Positions 1-8,177 of a stretch of DNA of 64,000 bases are shown piece after piece (within the stretch, counting starts at the first letter, position 1; each line of letters starts with the position of its first letter). Made by a program: the position numbers and the translations under genes. A model generated the notes under the pieces. It had not been told where the DNA came from and searched no databases. It was given only the letters and a program-made list of their open reading frames with translations. The stretch lies in assembly GCA_029555025.1 (NCBI GenBank), contig JAKPTZ010000115.1:24898-88897 (forward strand). The letters are read 5' to 3'. The stretch comes from Deltaproteobacteria bacterium. GTDB taxonomy: Bacteria; Myxococcota_A; UBA9042; DTJE01.

Positions 1-1468
1 CGTTATTCAGAACGTCAATCGTCACGATGGCGTCAATATCCAGGATTCTTGCCTGCGTGCGCCCACCAAGCCGGAGAGCGGCGATCGCCTTGAATTCCCG
101 GGCGAAGTCATCGAACTCGGTCATCTTCAGCGACAGTCCCGCGGCCATCGGGTGTCCACCGTTTCGAAGCAGCATTCGATCCAGTTCCGCAAGTGCCGCG
201 CCCAGGTCGAAACCCTCGACGCTTCGACCAGAACCGGTTGCGATGCCCCCGTCTATAGAAAGGACGATTGAAGGGACGCGGAACTCCTCGACCAGCCGCG
301 CGGCGACGATGCCGAGCACGCCGGGGTGCCATCCCTCACCAGCAGCCACGATGGCAAAAGAGTCTTCCGTTCGCTCCGAAAGGACAGCGCGGCGGGCTTC
401 CTCAAGAACCTGGGCGCCGACTTCACGTCGCAGTGAATTGTCAACGTTGAGCCTGTCGGCCCATGCGGCGGCCTCTCGGTCGTCGCCCGCGACCAGCAGG
501 CTGAGGCTGGTGTCGGGGTGGCTCATGCGCCCGGACGCGTTAAGTCGAGGGGCCATCCTGAAGCTGATGCTTCCGGAGGTGATCGGGCCCCGGATCTCGG
601 AAACCGACCTGAGGGCCGCGATACCCGGTCTTGGCGCCCCGTTCATGCGCTCCAGGCCGGCCCGGACAAGAATCCGGTTGTCCTGAAGAAGCGGCATGAC
701 GTCGGCGACGGTTCCGATTGCGACCAGATCAAGGAACTGCCGGATGTCGGGCCCCGGAGCCGCAAGCCGGCCAGTGTCGATCATGTGTCTGCGGAGCGCC
801 CCGCAGAAGTAGAACGATATCCCGACCGCGGCGAGATCCTTGAACGGGAACGGACAGTCGTGCCGATGAGGATCAACGACGGCAACCGCCCGGGGCAGGA
901 CGGTTCCCGGCATGTGGTGATCCAGGATGACCAGATCCATTCCCAGGGATCCGGCGAATTCAACCGCATCGACCGCCTTGATGCCGCAATCGACGCAGAT
1001 GACGAGCCTGGTTCCCGACGCCGCGAGTTCGGCCAGCCGTTCCGTGTTCAGTCCATATCCGTCGGCTTCCCGATCCGGAAGAAAGGTCCGGGCATCAAGG
1101 CCCAGTTCCGCCAGGAAAAGCTTAAGGAGCGCCGTCGAGGTCATTCCGTCGGCGTCGTAGTCGCCATATATGCAGGTCGATTCGCGCATGGCGATCGCCT
1201 GGGCCACGCGTGCCGCGGCCGCTTCCATGTCCTTGAACAGGAACGGGTTGTTCAGTCGGGACAGGGAAGGATCCAGGAACGCGGAAATTTCAGCGTCGGA
1301 AACCAGCCCCCTGGCAAGCACGATTGAGGCGAGCGTCGGTGAAAGCCCGAATTCCGATTGGAGGCGGCCGACGGCTTTGGAGTCCGGCCCGAAAAATCTC
1401 CAGGAGTGGCTGATTGCGGGCTCATCCGGCATGGCCGGGATAGGTGGTGTTTCCCGCTCTATTGGCAT
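1..1468 (-). CDS. recJ: single-stranded-DNA-specific exonuclease RecJ (N-terminal ~489 codons; 3' end runs off the window)
   Basis: My own minus-strand translation from the ATG at 1468 stays open to position 1. It reads MPIERETPP...FLDPSLSRLNNPFLFKDM...IYGDYDADGMTSTALL...VILDHH...GTVADVMPL...FRMAPRLNASGR...GGHPMAAGLS, with DHH-family motifs in RecJ order. ATGA start/stop overlap with secF. Absent from the ORF track because no stop codon lies in the window. Confidence 0.9.
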   Translation of the reverse strand, partial: MPIERETPPIPAMPDEPAISHSWRFFGPDSKAVGRLQSEFGLSPTLASIVLARGLVSDAEISAFLDPSLSRLNNPFLFKDMEAAAARVAQAIAMRESTCIYGDYDADGMTSTALLKLFLAELGLDARTFLPDREADGYGLNTERLAELAASGTRLVICVDCGIKAVDAVEFAGSLGMDLVILDHHMPGTVLPRAVAVVDPHRHDCPFPFKDLAAVGISFYFCGALRRHMIDTGRLAAPGPDIRQFLDLVAIGTVADVMPLLQDNRILVRAGLERMNGAPRPGIAALRSVSEIRGPITSGSISFRMAPRLNASGRMSHPDTSLSLLVAGDDREAAAWADRLNVDNSLRREVGAQVLEEARRAVLSERTEDSFAIVAAGEGWHPGVLGIVAARLVEEFRVPSIVLSIDGGIATGSGRSVEGFDLGAALAELDRMLLRNGGHPMAAGLSLKMTEFDDFAREFKAIAALRLGGRTQARILDIDAIVTIDVLNN

Positions 1469-2778
1469 CAGACTTTTGCGGTGAGGCGGTTCCTGCGCAG
1501 GTACTTGTCGAGAACCAGCGTCAGCGGTGCCGCGACGAAGATCGATGAATACGTTCCAATCAGGATGCCCGTGAGCAGCACGAATGCGAAGTCGGAGGTC
1601 GTTCCGCCGCCCAGAAGCCAGATCGAAAGAACCGTAAGCAGGGTGGTTCCGGAGGTGATAATGGTTCTGGACAAGGTCTCGTTCAGTGCGACGTTGATAT
1701 GCGTCCTGAGGTCGTTGCCGCGACCCTTGCCGATGTTTTCACGGATTCGGTCATAAACGATGATGGTGTCGTTGATGTCGTAACCGATGAGTGTCAGCAG
1801 CGCCGCCACGATCGGCAGAGTGAACTTGACGCCGAAGACGATCATCAGGGCCATGACGATGATGACGTCGTGAACGATGCACAGGATCGCGCCCGGGGCG
1901 AATTTCATGTCGAAGCGGATCGCGATGTAGATGAGGATGCCGATGACGGCGTAGAACAGGGCCAGCATGGCGGTGTTGAACAGTTCGTGTCCGACGGACG
2001 GGCTCACCGATGCGGTCGATATGACGCTTACGAACTTGTCCCCGAACTCGGAAGCCATGCGATCCGAGACCATGTCCTTGATGGCCTGGACTTCAACGAT
2101 GAACCGCGAATCCGAAATGCCCGCAATCCTGCGGGTCGCGTCCGTCTCGACCTTTTCGGCCTCGGCCTTCATGTCGACGTCCGAAGACGAAAGAAGCAGA
2201 TCCTTTTCGCGAAGCATGTCGGCGCGGATCCGTTCCTCCTTGTCGGAAATGACGGAAACGTGCTCGTGGCCGTTGGCCGCGAAGACCTTGCCGATCTCGG
2301 TCATGGCGGCATCGCGTGGCCACTCGTTGTTCAGGTACAGGTAGAACTTGTCTCCAGCCTCGAAGGGCGACTCGACAACGGTGCCCTTGCCGAAATGCAT
2401 CTCAATCTTCTTCGACAGCGCCAGCTTGTCGGTGGGAGAAAGCAGGCTTGGCAGTTCGGTGAAGATCTGGAATTTGACAGTATCCGAAGAGCCGCCGGAA
2501 CCGACGTCGAAGTCCTGAACCTCGACCTGGCTGCCCTTGATGCTGGTGTTGCTCTGCACCAGTTCATCGACGACCTTCTTGATGGTGTCGCGGTCGATGT
2601 TGCCGTCGGCCTTGAACTCGGTGATGATCTTCGTTCCGCCCTTGAAGTCGATGCCCTGATCGAATCCGACACCGAAAATGATGCCGAGGGAGACGACCAC
2701 TGCAACGATGGATCCCGCGACGAAGTAGCGGGCAAGTCTCATGAAATCGATTTCGGAACCCGGTTTGATAAATTCCAT
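1468..2778 (-). CDS. secF: protein translocase subunit SecF
   Basis: 436-aa ORF starting MEFIKPGSEIDFMRLARYF..GIDFKGGTKI, with a C-terminal multi-TM block (LFYAVIGILIYIAIRFD...). It lies 15 nt downstream of secD. It seems longer than I would expect for SecF, which suggests an insertion in the periplasmic domain. Confidence 0.93.
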   Translation of the reverse strand: MEFIKPGSEIDFMRLARYFVAGSIVAVVVSLGIIFGVGFDQGIDFKGGTKIITEFKADGNIDRDTIKKVVDELVQSNTSIKGSQVEVQDFDVGSGGSSDTVKFQIFTELPSLLSPTDKLALSKKIEMHFGKGTVVESPFEAGDKFYLYLNNEWPRDAAMTEIGKVFAANGHEHVSVISDKEERIRADMLREKDLLLSSSDVDMKAEAEKVETDATRRIAGISDSRFIVEVQAIKDMVSDRMASEFGDKFVSVISTASVSPSVGHELFNTAMLALFYAVIGILIYIAIRFDMKFAPGAILCIVHDVIIVMALMIVFGVKFTLPIVAALLTLIGYDINDTIIVYDRIRENIGKGRGNDLRTHINVALNETLSRTIITSGTTLLTVLSIWLLGGGTTSDFAFVLLTGILIGTYSSIFVAAPLTLVLDKYLRRNRLTAKV

Positions 2779-2793
2779 GCTATTGCTCCCGCC

Positions 2794-4647
2794 TTAGATG
2801 CCCGTTGAAATCTGACTGGGGCGGAACTTGTCCAGGTACCAGTCGTAAATAATGCGTGTCACGAACACCTGGGTCAGGAATGTGACAGCGATGCCGATGA
2901 GCAGCGTGACCGAGAATCCATAGACAGGTCCGCTCGAGAAGTTCAGAAGGATGACGCCGGCAATGGCCGTGGTGATGTTGCCGTCGAAAATTGCGGTGAA
3001 GGCACGGCTGTAGGCAGCCTCGACGACTGCCCGCGGGCCTTTGCCCAGGCGCATTTCCTCGCGCATGCGTTCCAGAATCAGGACGTTCGCGTCAACCGCC
3101 ATGCCGATGGTGAGCACGATACCGGCAAGACCGGGCATCGTGAGCGCGGCGTTGAAGCCGACCAGAATGGCGAGCGTGAAAAGGACGTTAAGAAGCAGTC
3201 CGATATCCGCGATGATTCCACCGGCGCGGTAGTAAACAACCATGAAGACGAAAACCGATATGATGCCGACGAGCAGCGCCACGATACCGGAATCGATAGT
3301 GTCCTGACCGAGGGAAGGTCCGACCTCGAAGTCGTGAACCTTGTGAACCGGGGCCTTGTAGGCTCCGTGCGTCAGAACGGTCACGAGAGACTGCGCGTCG
3401 GCGAGGATCTCGTTCGCCGCCCGGGCTCCGCCAAGCGAAATCCTGGCACGCCCGCCACCGATCTTTTCCTTGATCACCGGTGCCGAATTGACTTCCTCGT
3501 CAAGCATGATCGCCATGTACTCGCCGACGTTGGCCGCGGTGACCTGCTCGAACGCCTTTGCCCCCTGGCTGTCGAATTCGATGCTGACCGACGGCTCGCC
3601 TGTCGTTTCAAACTGAACCATGGCCTGGGTCAGGTGGTCGCCGGTGACGTCCGCCCGTGAAAACAGGTAATGGGTGCGGAAGAAGCGCCTGCGAACCTGA
3701 TTGCCGTCGCGATCCTCGACCAGTTCGTAACCGACCAGGTGATCGTCGTCAACGTGAAGCGTCTTGACGAACGAGATGAGCGCGTTTTTCGCGAGCGCGT
3801 CGCCCTTGCCCCTTGTCAGGCCGGCTTCGGCCGCCACGAAGAACTGGCCGGTGGTCGTATCCTGATCAAGTCGGAGCAGGTTGCCCTTCTCAGGGAACTT
3901 CTGCTGAAATTCGACCAGCTTCGCTGAATTGTTCTGGAAGAAGTTAACGGCCGTCTCGCTGCGATCGACGATGCGGAACGCCAGGCGCGCGGTCTGCCCG
4001 ATACGTTCCCTGACCGCGGTCAACTGGGTTCCCTTGACGCCGGGGAGCTGGATGTCGATATCCGTGTCCCCATTTTTTCGGACGTCCGGCTCGACCAGTC
4101 CGAATGCCTCGACGCGCTGGCGAATGACATCGACGGTCTGGTTGACGACTTCGTCCCGGATCTGGGCCACCCTCTGTTCCGACATCTTCAGAACGACGGC
4201 ATTTCCCGACGGAACCTGCCTGACCAGGTCGGGGCGGGCCTCGCGGACCATTTCGTTCGTAACGACATCGACGTCGTCTTCATTCGTGAAAGTGATCTGA
4301 AGGGAATCGAAATCGTAGCGTTCGACAGTGAAAAGCGCGGCGAGTTCGGCCTTCTGCTGATCCGTCAGGTTTTCCGCGTCCATTCCTTTTTCGGACGCCA
4401 GCCCTTCGGTGACCACCCCGGCAATCACGTCCCTGGCCCGCAGCATGTTGTCGCTGATGGCCTTCTTGTAATCGACGGTGTAGCGGAGTTCAAGGCCGCC
4501 CTGAAGGTCGAGACCGAAGGACAGGCTCTTCTTCAGAGGATTCCATGACGGATTAGAGTCGCCCAGCAGCGTCGGCGATATGTAAATCAACGCCAGCGTT
4601 GCCAGTGCTGCCACGAGGAGCAGCTTCCACATTTTCCACTTGTTCAT
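2794..4647 (-). CDS. secD: protein translocase subunit SecD
   Basis: 617-aa ORF with an N-terminal TM (MNKWKMWKLLLVAALATLALIY) and LDLQGGLEL. The C-terminal SecD/F membrane domain contains GIVLTIGMAVDANVLILERMREE. Sits in yajC-secD-secF order. Confidence 0.95.
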   Translation of the reverse strand: MNKWKMWKLLLVAALATLALIYISPTLLGDSNPSWNPLKKSLSFGLDLQGGLELRYTVDYKKAISDNMLRARDVIAGVVTEGLASEKGMDAENLTDQQKAELAALFTVERYDFDSLQITFTNEDDVDVVTNEMVREARPDLVRQVPSGNAVVLKMSEQRVAQIRDEVVNQTVDVIRQRVEAFGLVEPDVRKNGDTDIDIQLPGVKGTQLTAVRERIGQTARLAFRIVDRSETAVNFFQNNSAKLVEFQQKFPEKGNLLRLDQDTTTGQFFVAAEAGLTRGKGDALAKNALISFVKTLHVDDDHLVGYELVEDRDGNQVRRRFFRTHYLFSRADVTGDHLTQAMVQFETTGEPSVSIEFDSQGAKAFEQVTAANVGEYMAIMLDEEVNSAPVIKEKIGGGRARISLGGARAANEILADAQSLVTVLTHGAYKAPVHKVHDFEVGPSLGQDTIDSGIVALLVGIISVFVFMVVYYRAGGIIADIGLLLNVLFTLAILVGFNAALTMPGLAGIVLTIGMAVDANVLILERMREEMRLGKGPRAVVEAAYSRAFTAIFDGNITTAIAGVILLNFSSGPVYGFSVTLLIGIAVTFLTQVFVTRIIYDWYLDKFRPSQISTGI

Positions 4648-4706
4648 TCAGGACCCCCAGGCATACCGGTGGCTGGAAAGGCCACCGGGGGTGATCAACA
4701 AAGACA

Positions 4707-5105
4707 TCACTCCGGTTTATCGGTCTCGGCCGATTCCGTGAAGTGGCTGACAACCTGGTTCTTGACGATGCGGACGCGGACGTCCCTGGCCAGTTCCAGA
4801 GTCACGACGTCACCGGTCATGGTGACGATTCTTCCAATGAGACCTGCCGCAGTGACGACCTTGTCACCGTTCTTCAGCGAGGCAAGGAATTCTTCCTGCT
4901 TTTTCCGCTGCTTCTGCTGCGGGCGGATAATCAGCAGCCAGAATATCAGGATCATCACGCCGAAGAAAATCAGAGTCTGCCACCACTGGCCGCCCTGTCC
5001 ACCACCGAGAAGTCCACCCTGAGCCTGGGCGGGTTCGGCCGGTGCCGACGGGGTGGTTACCGGGGCCGTCTGGGCAACGCGCAAAACACTGGTAATGAAT
5101 GACAT
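4707..5105 (-). CDS. yajC: preprotein translocase subunit YajC
   Basis: ORF 4707..5150. The internal ATG at 5105 (MSFITS...) is the likelier start. Single TM (WWQTLIFFGVMILIFWLLIIRPQQKQRKK) followed by the YajC core LKNGDKVVTAAGLIGRIV. Immediately upstream of secD. Confidence 0.85.
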   Translation of the reverse strand: MSFITSVLRVAQTAPVTTPSAPAEPAQAQGGLLGGGQGGQWWQTLIFFGVMILIFWLLIIRPQQKQRKKQEEFLASLKNGDKVVTAAGLIGRIVTMTGDVVTLELARDVRVRIVKNQVVSHFTESAETDKPE

Positions 5106-5319
5106 GAAACCTCCGTCCACAAAACGGACGCAGTCTTGTAGCAGAAACATCTTGAATCGTCAATCACATATACTTTCGACACGACTTGACTTCCCAGGCC
5201 CGGGCGGATAGTTTTTGCGGCACGTGCCGACCGCGATCCGGATCGCTTCCGGGATTTGCCGGGACGCCCTTTGATGGCCTTCGGTTCCCATCCGCAACGG
5301 CCAGGAGGTTACAGACAGC

Positions 5320-5916
5320 ATGGAAACTGGTTGCCCGGAAAGGGAAGAAAAGGGTGAGCAGGGCTCGCCGGCCGTCCAGGCCAGGCTTTTCGACAACAGA
5401 ACCATTGTTTTCGGATCGGAGGTTTCTCCGAAAACGGCGACCGCCTTGATCGAGCAGTTGCTTGCGATGGATGCGGCCGATCCGGCCGCACCGATCACAC
5501 TGTTCCTCAACTCTCCGGGAGGCGAGGTCAATTCCGGTTTCGCCATCTACGACGTAATCCGGTTCATCCGCCCTCCGGTCAGGATAGTGTGTACCGGGCT
5601 TTCGGCCAGCATAGCGGCGATCATTCTGCTTGCCGCCAGGCCCGAGCACAGGCTTGCCATGGCGAACGCCAGGCTTTTGCTTCACCAGCCGCTTTACAGT
5701 GGCGATGTAATCGGTCCCGCATCGGATCTTGAAATAACCGCGAACGAGATTCTGAAGTCGCGCGCCCGGATCAATTCGATAATCGCGTCGGCAACCGGTC
5801 GCGACCCTGATCAGGTTGGCGAAGACACCCAGCGGGATTTCTGGTTGACGGCCCCGGAGGCCGTGGAATACGGACTCGTTTCAAGAATCGTGTCGAGTTT
5901 TTCCGAACTGGGCTGA
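5320..5916 (+). CDS. clpP: ATP-dependent Clp protease proteolytic subunit (ClpP family)
   Basis: 198 aa with LFLNSPGGEVNSGFAIYDVIRFI. Ser-His-Asp candidates are in canonical order (GLSASIAA, LLHQP, QRDFWL). No clpX or clpA is adjacent. Confidence 0.85.
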   Translation: METGCPEREEKGEQGSPAVQARLFDNRTIVFGSEVSPKTATALIEQLLAMDAADPAAPITLFLNSPGGEVNSGFAIYDVIRFIRPPVRIVCTGLSASIAAIILLAARPEHRLAMANARLLLHQPLYSGDVIGPASDLEITANEILKSRARINSIIASATGRDPDQVGEDTQRDFWLTAPEAVEYGLVSRIVSSFSELG

Positions 5917-5927
5917 CAGGCCCTGTT

Positions 5928-7280
5928 TCATCTGAAAAGTCCCAGCTTTCCAACAAGATTGGCAGCGACCTGCCTGCCCGGGACGAGCGGATGCGCCGTC
6001 AGCGCATCGATCGCCAGTTCGACCGCCCGCGCATTTTCGCCCCGCATCGCCGCGGTAACCGACTGGACGGCCAGCCTTTCGTATTCCTTGACCCTGACGG
6101 TCAGCGTAGCGTCGGCGGCCGGCATCCTGGCGTGTCGTCCAGGGATGATTCCGGCCGACCCAACGGTGCAGTCGGTTTCCACCACGTCATCGTCGTCCAG
6201 CTCCGGAATCGAGCCGCCATTCCGGACATTGAGCGCCATAAGCCGACCGTTCGTGGACGCCGACGACGCCAGGAGTTCCATCGCGACTTCGGCGTATCCG
6301 CCGATTTCCGTCTCAAGGTATTGAAGGGCCTCCGCCATGGTTGACGGCCCCGGCGTGCCGTGCCTGTGGCCCAGCGCATACGACATATACGTGTCGTTGC
6401 GGGAGAAGAGATATCTGGCGTAGTGGATGGTCTTTTCCCGCGATCCCATTCCGGGAAGGCTTTCAAGCAGTTCGGAGTTGCTTCGAAGAACGGCCTCGCC
6501 CCTGGTCAACGGTTCCGCGGCCATGGCTGCCAGGGCCTGATCCGCCCGAAGATAGTAGAAAAGATATTCGACCGGCACAGCCCCTGTCACGGCTGTCTCC
6601 TCCGCGTGCCAGGGGACTGTCCGTTCAAGAAACTCCCTGTCGGCCAGCGCCGCCGAAAGTATGTCCCGACCGCCGGCGGTAACCTTCCTGGTCCAGGACA
6701 GATGGTTCAATCCCCCGACTTCGAAGACAACGTCATGAAACGGGATCCCCGCCCATCCAGCGGCCTTCCTCGCCGCGCCCGTCGCCGAATCGCAGATGCC
6801 GACGGCCCTGTCGTGACCCTGATCGATCAGTGCCTGGGTCACCATGCCGGCCGGGTTCGTGAAGATGACCGGAAGGTACCCGGGGGCCAGCCTCTCGGCC
6901 AATTCGCAGTAACCCGTGACCGCCGGGATCGTCCTGGTCGCGAATGCGAGGCCCGCAGGCCCGGTCGTTTCCTGGCCAATGACTCCAAGGTCAAGGCAGG
7001 CCCTTTCATCAAGTGCCCGCTGCTTCTCGAAGCCGGGCCGAATCGTAAGGATCATGGCCTGGCAGCCTTCAATCGCGTCGCTCGCGCCGGAGGCGATCCG
7101 GAACGGCACGCTGGCGCCCAGGAACGCACACAGTTCAAGTCCGACCGGCATCAGCGCCTTGATGCGATCCGGACGTATGTCGAAAAGTGTTACCTCGTCG
7201 AAAGAGAAACCCGACCTGGCCACCGACGCCATCATCAGAGGAAGGCGGCTTGAGCCCGCACCGACGATACATAGTTTCAT
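5928..7280 (-). CDS. glycoside hydrolase family 4 (NAD/Mn-dependent glycosidase)
   Basis: ORF 5928..7397. The start is preferred at 7280 (MKLCIVGAGSSRLP, a Rossmann N-terminus typical of GH4), which removes the overlap with nadK. Also contains IFTNPAGMVTQAL and GICDS motifs. Confidence 0.8.
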   Translation of the reverse strand: MKLCIVGAGSSRLPLMMASVARSGFSFDEVTLFDIRPDRIKALMPVGLELCAFLGASVPFRIASGASDAIEGCQAMILTIRPGFEKQRALDERACLDLGVIGQETTGPAGLAFATRTIPAVTGYCELAERLAPGYLPVIFTNPAGMVTQALIDQGHDRAVGICDSATGAARKAAGWAGIPFHDVVFEVGGLNHLSWTRKVTAGGRDILSAALADREFLERTVPWHAEETAVTGAVPVEYLFYYLRADQALAAMAAEPLTRGEAVLRSNSELLESLPGMGSREKTIHYARYLFSRNDTYMSYALGHRHGTPGPSTMAEALQYLETEIGGYAEVAMELLASSASTNGRLMALNVRNGGSIPELDDDDVVETDCTVGSAGIIPGRHARMPAADATLTVRVKEYERLAVQSVTAAMRGENARAVELAIDALTAHPLVPGRQVAANLVGKLGLFR

Positions 7281-7308
7281 TGGGTACTCCACCCCACGGG
7301 GTCGCAAA

Positions 7309-8175
7309 TCACCTGAAAAGCAGAAGCGGAGGGCCGTCGGGCGTAACCGTGATTCTGCTGCCGAAATCAACGGGAACCGCCGTTCGCCGGCCGTCAAGGT
7401 AAACCCCGGATCGAATCATGCGTGACTGCAAGACGATGCCTTCATCCCCCAGCATTCCGGAAACAAGCCGGTATCTGATCGAGTCCGGACGGCACCCGAA
7501 TGGTTCCCGGACAAGGTACTGCAGCCGGGTATCCTGCAGATCCTGAATCGAACCGCCCGCAGAGAGCATGGCGCCTGTTGAGCCGGCCGCCGTCGAGATC
7601 CAGACCCCCGAGCTCTTGTGGGTTTCGGACACCCCGGCCACCGTAATGACGTACCTGGATGTCGCCGACGGCACGACGTTGGCGAAAAGCACGTCGTTAA
7701 GGGCCGGCTGCGGGTGCCTTCTGCCGTCGATCGTGACGAAGGCGCGGGTCAGGCTTGCGGGCTGCTTCCGGTCGGAAAGGACAAGTTCCAGCAGCGACGG
7801 AAATCCTTCGGAGGTCGTGGCGCAGAAATGGCCGAAACTTGTCGATGGGGACGAGTTGACCGCCAGCAGCGGGGTGTTTCGGATGAACCTCGCGATGTCC
7901 AGGACGGTTCCGTCGCCGCCGACCGCAATCACGAGGTCGAATTTCTTCGACACGTTGTTTCTTCTGCGGGCGTGCGTGACTTCGATCCCGGCCTGCTCGA
8001 GTGTCCGCTTCACAACGGAAATCGTTTCAACAGTCTTGCGGTGTCCCGGTTCCTCGTCCGCCACCAGCGGATCCCCGGCATCAAGCAGCCGCTTCAGGGG
8101 CTGTGTCGCGTGCATGGATCTGCCCACGTCCATCAGCGTCGTCTTGGTGGCAAGCAGAACCCTTGAAATCTTCAT
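7309..8175 (-). CDS. nadK: NAD kinase
   Basis: 288 aa with DLVIAVGGDGTVL and NDVLF, a typical NAD kinase layout. The start lies 2 nt after the stop of the upstream Lon-like gene. Confidence 0.88.
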   Translation of the reverse strand: MKISRVLLATKTTLMDVGRSMHATQPLKRLLDAGDPLVADEEPGHRKTVETISVVKRTLEQAGIEVTHARRRNNVSKKFDLVIAVGGDGTVLDIARFIRNTPLLAVNSSPSTSFGHFCATTSEGFPSLLELVLSDRKQPASLTRAFVTIDGRRHPQPALNDVLFANVVPSATSRYVITVAGVSETHKSSGVWISTAAGSTGAMLSAGGSIQDLQDTRLQYLVREPFGCRPDSIRYRLVSGMLGDEGIVLQSRMIRSGVYLDGRRTAVPVDFGSRITVTPDGPPLLLFR

Positions 8176-8177
8176 CG

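Noticed and set aside
27-1327. Plus-strand ORFs 27..686 and 518..1327 offered by the ORF track.
   Set aside because: Their translations are Ser/Ala/Arg low-complexity sequence. The minus strand encodes an uninterrupted RecJ with DHH motifs across the same region.
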